Shown: positions 56,698 through 62,648 of the stretch, one piece after another
Layout: each line of letters starts with the position of its first letter
How positions within the stretch are numbered: position 1 is the first letter of the stretch
Assembly: GCA_910592345.1 (NCBI GenBank)
Contig: CAJVPI010000063.1
Location: 1 to 62,648, forward strand
Source: Paraglomus brasilianum
Lineage: Eukaryota
DNA length: 62,648 bases
Direction: 5' to 3'
Made by a program: the position numbers and the translations under genes
Notes under the pieces: model-generated
Databases searched by the model: none
What the model saw: only the letters and a program-made list of their open reading frames with translations
Told to the model about the DNA's origin: nothing

Positions 56698-58333
56698 ATG
56701 ATACCAATATTGTTTGTAGCTCTGCTGGTAGCATGGATTTCCGTTGCTGAAGGTGAGAAGCCAAGATAAAGCCAAACATTAGCGAGAAGGATGGATGGCA
56801 GTTTCTGTCGTTGCAAGAATTTACGGCATAACGTTAATTATTATTCATATTTCCCAATAAGCCGCTATCCAATTCGATATGCTCGACATAGAGGGCTTAA
56901 ACAGATTCAAAACAAAACACTTGAAAAATCCACACTTAGCACGCTCAACTATCGAAACACTACAAAAAAAGGCCAGATATGCTCTCGAAAACCCTCATCC
57001 ATATTCAGTCATCAACTCTTCTATTACGGCTCCCAATGGTAACAAGCATGAATTCTATTCGTTGGCTGCATACTGGTGGCCAAATTGTAAGGGCATTGAG
57101 AACGTGCAAGACCCAGATAAAGAATGCCCGTATGTGCGAAAGGATGGCCAATGGGTTCCAGACATAAAAAAGGCAACTGATCCCGATGACTTTAACGAAA
57201 TGACGGCGGACGTTACAACGCTAGCGGTTGCATATACAATATTTGGCGATGAAAAGTATGCAGAAAAGGCTGCTCACCTTTTGAACACTTGGTTCTTAAA
57301 TCCCGACACATATATGAAACCTTCGGTAAACTTTGGTCAAGTTATACGTGGTAGAAATCATAATAATCAAGGCAGATCAGAAGGCATATTGGAATTAAGA
57401 ACCTTAGTATACATCCCTCAAGCCCTCGCTCTGATCGAGAAATCACAAAATGTGGGCACAAATTTAACGAGTTCACTCAAATCATGGTTTAATCAATACT
57501 CCACTTGGTTGGTCACATCGTCTCTGGGCGTTAAAGAAAGGCGTCATCCCAATAACCACGGCACATTCTACATTGCCCAAACAGCAACATGTTTGCATTT
57601 CGCGGGCAGAAACGCCGAGGCACGCAACTTGATTAACGCCTTTGCTGACGGCTATTTCAAAGCGCAGATAAACAAGGAGGGAAAACAACCGCTAGAAGTT
57701 GCACGCACAAAAGTATATCATTACGAATGCTTCAATCTGATTGCATTGGTATATATCGCCCGTCTGTCGATAAAGCTGGATGCTACTAACTTGTGGGAAA
57801 CCCAAACTAAATATGGTGTAACAATAAAAGCGGCCGTTGATCGCTTGGTTCAAGTCACCAATGAGCTCTTGGATGACATGAAGGTTGGGAAAGAACTAAA
57901 GGAAAAGCTGTATGCGTTTAGAACACCTCTGTATGCGGCTAGAGATTATTACGGTGATCCTGATGGAGAGTATGGAGCGCTTCTGGGCAAACTTCTCGAG
58001 CTGCCCGGTGGACCAATTGAATATTGGACACTGTGGAGTCCATATACGTTAGAAGGCCTTTCAGATGATACATACGAAACTTATGCAGAAGAATGGAATC
58101 TTATTGCAGATTCGATTGTCGATGAGAATAATACCGACACTTACAGTACAAGTGTGGAAAACCGGTCTGGTATATCGCCTGTCGTGATGCTTAATGGTGG
58201 AATACTTGCTGCCATTTTTATGGTTTGGTTGTCAAGGAAGCAGAAAAAAAGGTCGCTTGTACGTTTGCTGGCTATAATGGCTTGTCTGTGTGTTGTAGCT
58301 GCTTTTTATCATCTTATTCTTAACGGAATGTAG
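56698..58333 (+). CDS. Secreted, C-terminally membrane-anchored alginate-lyase (PL5-like) family protein (2 exons)
   Basis: Signal exon MIPILFVALLVAWISVAE spliced in phase 1 to AAIQFDMLD; SLAAYWWP, PYVRKDG, WFLNPDTYMKP, NNHGTFY, EVARTKVYHY; two C-terminal hydrophobic helices. Confidence 0.85.
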
Positions 58334-60357
58334 AATATTTCACACTCGCGAAACTGGACTTTTAAAATTTTTTTCTTCTTTGTATGTATGTATGTAGTAA
58401 TAACGTAAATGAGTATTTCTAATTGGGCAAGTTAAACGTTCCTCACCATGTTTGGTTAGCAGCATATTGAAAATAACATAAACGGCTTAGCCCATCATAT
58501 GGGGCATGCTGCAACAAAACCAGACAAAGTGAACATTTGATTATGTGACATAAATGAGAAGCTGTAGCTATAAAATTGACCAGTGTGACTGATGACATTT
58601 TGAAAAGTAATAATGGTGCTCATTCATAACTTATGGACTTGTTAATTTTAATGCTCACTTTATCATACCAGAATGTGATGAATATAAACTATAATGTGAT
58701 TAATATAGGACTACCTCTATATAAAAATAAAATATATGAAACTAATTTACATCAAATCCACCATGGAACCAAAGAATTACAGCACAATTCGAAGCATTCT
58801 AAAGAAAGCTCAAGGAGAAAAAATTGCCCCATACATTTTTAAAATCAATAATACCCAAACACTCCAGCAATATCTAGATCAAGAAAAAATCACTTATGAA
58901 ATCTATCAAGAAGAAAGAAAAATAAAAAACCATAAATGAATCTTAACCCCAACCAATAATGAACCAAGGAAGAAACGAAAACGGGAAGCATAAGCAATAG
59001 CTCTTTCTTTGATTACTATCAGTAATTTCCATTTACTACCCAAGTAAGAATAAATACGATAATTTTGGTTTGTTCCTGCCCCAAGCACTACAAATATGAC
59101 ACAATTCATGACCAACAAATCATTACCGTATTAGAGACAATGATAAAATGAATCACGAATAAATTTATTAGAAGGCGGTCGATCCAATCTTTAGAGACCG
59201 ATGATGTGTTTGTTCATTTGTATAAAGACTGTTTGATCGACGCATCAACTGTTTCAGAATCCGTAACCGTAACCGTAACATAAAAGTATTTATAATCAGC
59301 AAGAACTCTGATCGGCACCTGATGAACTTATTATGAAATAACAAGACCCGCACTCGGTTTCGTCTTAGAAAAGTCAAATCGCAAAATCTTTCCAACATCA
59401 AATTGCCAATAATTTAACACATAAAAAAGCAAAAGAAATGTTTGATTTCACTATCATTTTTGGGTTGTTGATCAGACTTGTCTTCGGTCCTTTGCTCACG
59501 GCTAATCAACCCTATTACTATGTTATAACTCAAATGCTCAAAGCAACAATTCACCCAATCCCCAAACCAGACAACTGCTCTGTGAGCAAAAATATTTGCT
59601 AAATGTCAAATACTTGTGGAAAGGTTTTAAAATCTCTATCAAAAGACCTGAGCTGGACTCGGTTTTATTTAACAAAGTGGTTATAAAATGCCACAAATCA
59701 CGTGAAAGAAAAAGCATCATTGCTTTTATTCTAAAAGGCCTTCACCAGCAAAAATTCTCGAGAAAAACAATCAAAGTGCTTAAAAGTTGGGTAGATAAAG
59801 AAAAGAAGGGAAATGTAGACATTAATAGCATTTATAATAATGTATAGCATCGAGTTCACTAGAGCAACCAAAGTATAGGGATACTCATAAATGGCTTTGG
59901 GTCCGAGTATTTCCTCCCATGCAATCGCTCTAGTGAATCTTCAAATATATACTTTGTTTTTTAAAGAATAATAAAGTCAATATGACAAAATACATGTATC
60001 AATTATCATAATGCACCTGCTTGTGTTAATCTTTTGAAAACTCGCAAATTGTCCCAAAAATGGTCTTCTAGTTAAACCATACATACATATGCAATTATAT
60101 TTTCCCCAAGCCATAACTATGACACACAGTTATCAGATAAATGCATTGCAATCCAACATGACTAGTCAAATCGGTCATGACAGAAAAATCAGTCATCTAT
60201 CCGATTTCGGCAAACTGGTTCCTCTGAACTGTTCATATTTGTTATGATGCCAAACTGAACGAGTTTATTATTATTTACATTGTTAGCAAAAGCAGATATT
60301 TATGATTGAGAAACACTTTCGTTTTCAAAAAGAAAAGCGAATTTCGACGTGATAAAC

Positions 60358-61101
60358 TAATTTAACATAAGTTTAATTTGTGGAGAATCTGGCAGCCTTC
60401 GGACAAACTGCATTTGGGCAGTTGGGGTAGAGTTTTCGCTTTGGTATTTGTACTTCATGGCGAGTTTATTGACACAATCCTGTAAAATAGAAAATGCAAT
60501 ACTTAACAAATACCTTCACGACTATTAATGAAATTCACTTATTTACTTACTTCTAATTGTAAAAAATGAGAGAATGTATACTCAAACAATGGAATTGTAG
60601 GCTTGTCAATAACAAGCTTGGTAGTGAGAAACGTCCATGAACGATATAGCCCATCAAATTCAAGATCCATGTAATATGACTCTACTACATCACCTGAGTT
60701 ATCTATTAGTTAGTAGTATATTATGCTGGTTGGTTATATGACAAAAAAAACGTGCGTTCGCGTTTTCTTTCTTTTACTTTGCGCTATTAAAAAAATTAGG
60801 CTTTGTATCTTCAAGGAATGAACAAAAAAAAACTCACATCTGCCTTATGATCTGCTTTTCTTTCCAGATACTCAGACCAGTCGTTGTCATATTCCCCCGT
60901 TTCCCATTTTTTCTTGAGTTCTAACAGCTTATTGGACCGACATTCTCGTGCCAAGGCGTCATTTAAGCGTAGCCTATAATCACGGTGTGCGGCGAATTTT
61001 TTACGATACTTGTACCTAATATAAAAGTTTAACGGACAGGGGTTGGGATTGCTCTGTAGGTACATAGTCTGCTCTTCGCGTACGTCTTTAACTCTCGTCA
61101 T
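60358..61101 (-). pseudogene. Hypothetical repetitive-family gene, probably internally deleted
   Basis: Exon 1 MTRVKDVREEQ...KWETGEYDNDWSEYLE; later exons YYMDLEFDGLYRSWTFLTTKLVIDK...LQLE and QMQFVRRLPDSPQIKLMLN*, with GT-AG joints. Confidence 0.45.
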
Positions 61102-62075
61102 GGTCGAAAGTGAGCAGGAAAAATTTGTGATTCGGCAACATTTAGATGCCGATCGCACGTGAATTGGTCTCCTTCAAAATAATCGTAGGTTGCGATAATC
61201 AGCCGACAGTAGCAGCTGGAGAAAAAACTGAGCTTATTCGCTTGCCGTTATGCCGGATGTTTTCATATGAAAACGCACTCCCTACGCAAGCGTCTGCTAG
61301 GCATTAAGTTGAAGGTCGGGAAAAAACTGAGCTTATTCATCTGGATAAGCAGGGACGTTATTACCACTTGTCGGGAGTCCCTGCGAATGACTGCGCTCGC
61401 CCAGGTGGATACGCTTCAACACTAGCTGCACTTTTCTTAAAACACTTCCCCATACCGTGGCAATAGACGCTGGTCGACTGAAGGCATGTTATGATTGGAC
61501 TTCTTTTTTTGAACGAAAAAATGAGAGGGTGTTGTTATTGTTCTGTATCTACAGGTAAATGGATATTGGATTTGCGTACAGATGCAGCACTACGGTTATA
61601 TACATTCTGCCTCTTTTATCGAAAAGAGGTCTCTAAATGCGGGGAAAATAATCGCGATGTGCCTCACGACTTTTGATTGCTTGTTAAGTGATGGATGTTC
61701 TTGTAAGGACGTTTCTGGTACGTGCGAAGTTGCTGCCTTTTTTAAATGGAATTTTTCCAAAACTCGATTAATTATGGATGATGTCACGAGAACGTTCAAG
61801 CGGCCAGAGACCTGTTTTTACATCAAGGAAGGATTGCAAGTTTGCGCCAATTTGTTATTATATTTCATTCCTTCACCTTGGCACAATGGAGCGCTTTGGA
61901 TACTTTTGTTTGTAGTTTGATATTATTGTAGATAATTATAGCATTGTCGTAGGTTGTCACTGAAAAAGGGATGGAACTAATCCTTCTGGCATGCCAAAAA
62001 TAAAGGGTAAATGCATAAAGAAACTTGATTGCTACACACAAAAGTATTAAAATCTATATATAGGATTACCCGTAT

Positions 62076-62648
62076 ATGGAAAATTATAATTATAACGATA
62101 ATGGTTCGACTGAATACGAAAAAGCAATACGTTTCTTAGAGGTAGGTTGCAATTGTGGTTGTTCAAAAAAGATTCCGAGAGAAAAATTTGCTGAATTACG
62201 TGAGGCGTTTCAAGCGCTCTCTAGATCTGAACAAGATGTATTTTTAATGGCCCAGTTGAAAGCAATGAATGGTGGAGAAATGACCGCCAGTCGACGTCTT
62301 AAAAAGAAAACGCGTAATAATAAGCGAACGTTTTACTACTGAGATCGCAATACACCGCTTTGCCAGAAAACGTATCTTAATATGTTAGGAATTGGTCGCA
62401 CTCATTTCGAAAACGTCAGAAATCACCTAGTGACGGATGGTATAATACCGCGCGTTCATGGTAATGTAAAAAAAGTGCCGCGATGGAAAACCAAAATAAC
62501 CATTGATATAACCGTTGCTACCGCTGTGAAAAATTTTCTCGAAAATTATGCGGAAATTCATGGATTACCAAGTCCTGGTAGAAACGTCAACCGAATTACT
62601 CAATCGCTTACACTTTTGCCAGCCGAAACGAGTTACAAATCGGTCTAT
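62076..62648 (+). mobile_element. Sola-like transposase N-terminal part (same family as 1194-3535), one in-frame TGA, runs off the window
   Basis: GCNCGC, LCQKTYLNMLGIG, PRVHGN, FLENYAEIHGLPSPGR, LLPAETSYKSVY, matching RVHGN / GLPRPG / YLPTVENYTSVF in the left element. Confidence 0.75.

Noticed and set aside
58584..58630. CTGATGA...GAAA hammerhead-like core
   Set aside because: Stem II is minimal and no UH cleavage triplet is correctly placed between stems III and I.

Overview
AT-rich, intron-dense eukaryotic DNA from an early-diverging fungus. The gene set, Crinkler-like pseudogenes and transposon types point to Mucoromycota, possibly Glomeromycotina (inference). The core (about 5-58 kb) holds spliced genes: an NME6-like NDP kinase, an ACSF3-like acyl-CoA synthetase, a CREG-like protein, two duplicated mini Zn2Cys6 factors flanking a class II eIF4E, an RNF220-like RING protein, a conserved protein ending in a toxin-like KH..R/FxGFLEP domain, a 123-aa tropomyosin, two tail-to-tail Slt2/Mpk1-type MAPKs, a DUF202 protein, DIP2/CMR2, a long coiled-coil protein and a secreted, membrane-anchored PL5 alginate-lyase-family protein. 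Transposon debris includes Sola-like (DNCGGQNKN-type) transposases at both ends, a mariner DD34D remnant, a Tc1 remnant, a pogo/CENP-B remnant and a TA-flanked MITE. The most striking signal is at 1-1040. One reading frame stays open for about 346 codons only if TGA=Trp (five in-frame TGA, no TGG, no TAA/TAG). This is code-4 DNA (Mollicutes-related endobacterium or mitochondrial/plasmid origin) joined to a nuclear transposase that itself carries further foreign-looking snippets. Exon boundaries were read by eye and no database searches were run.
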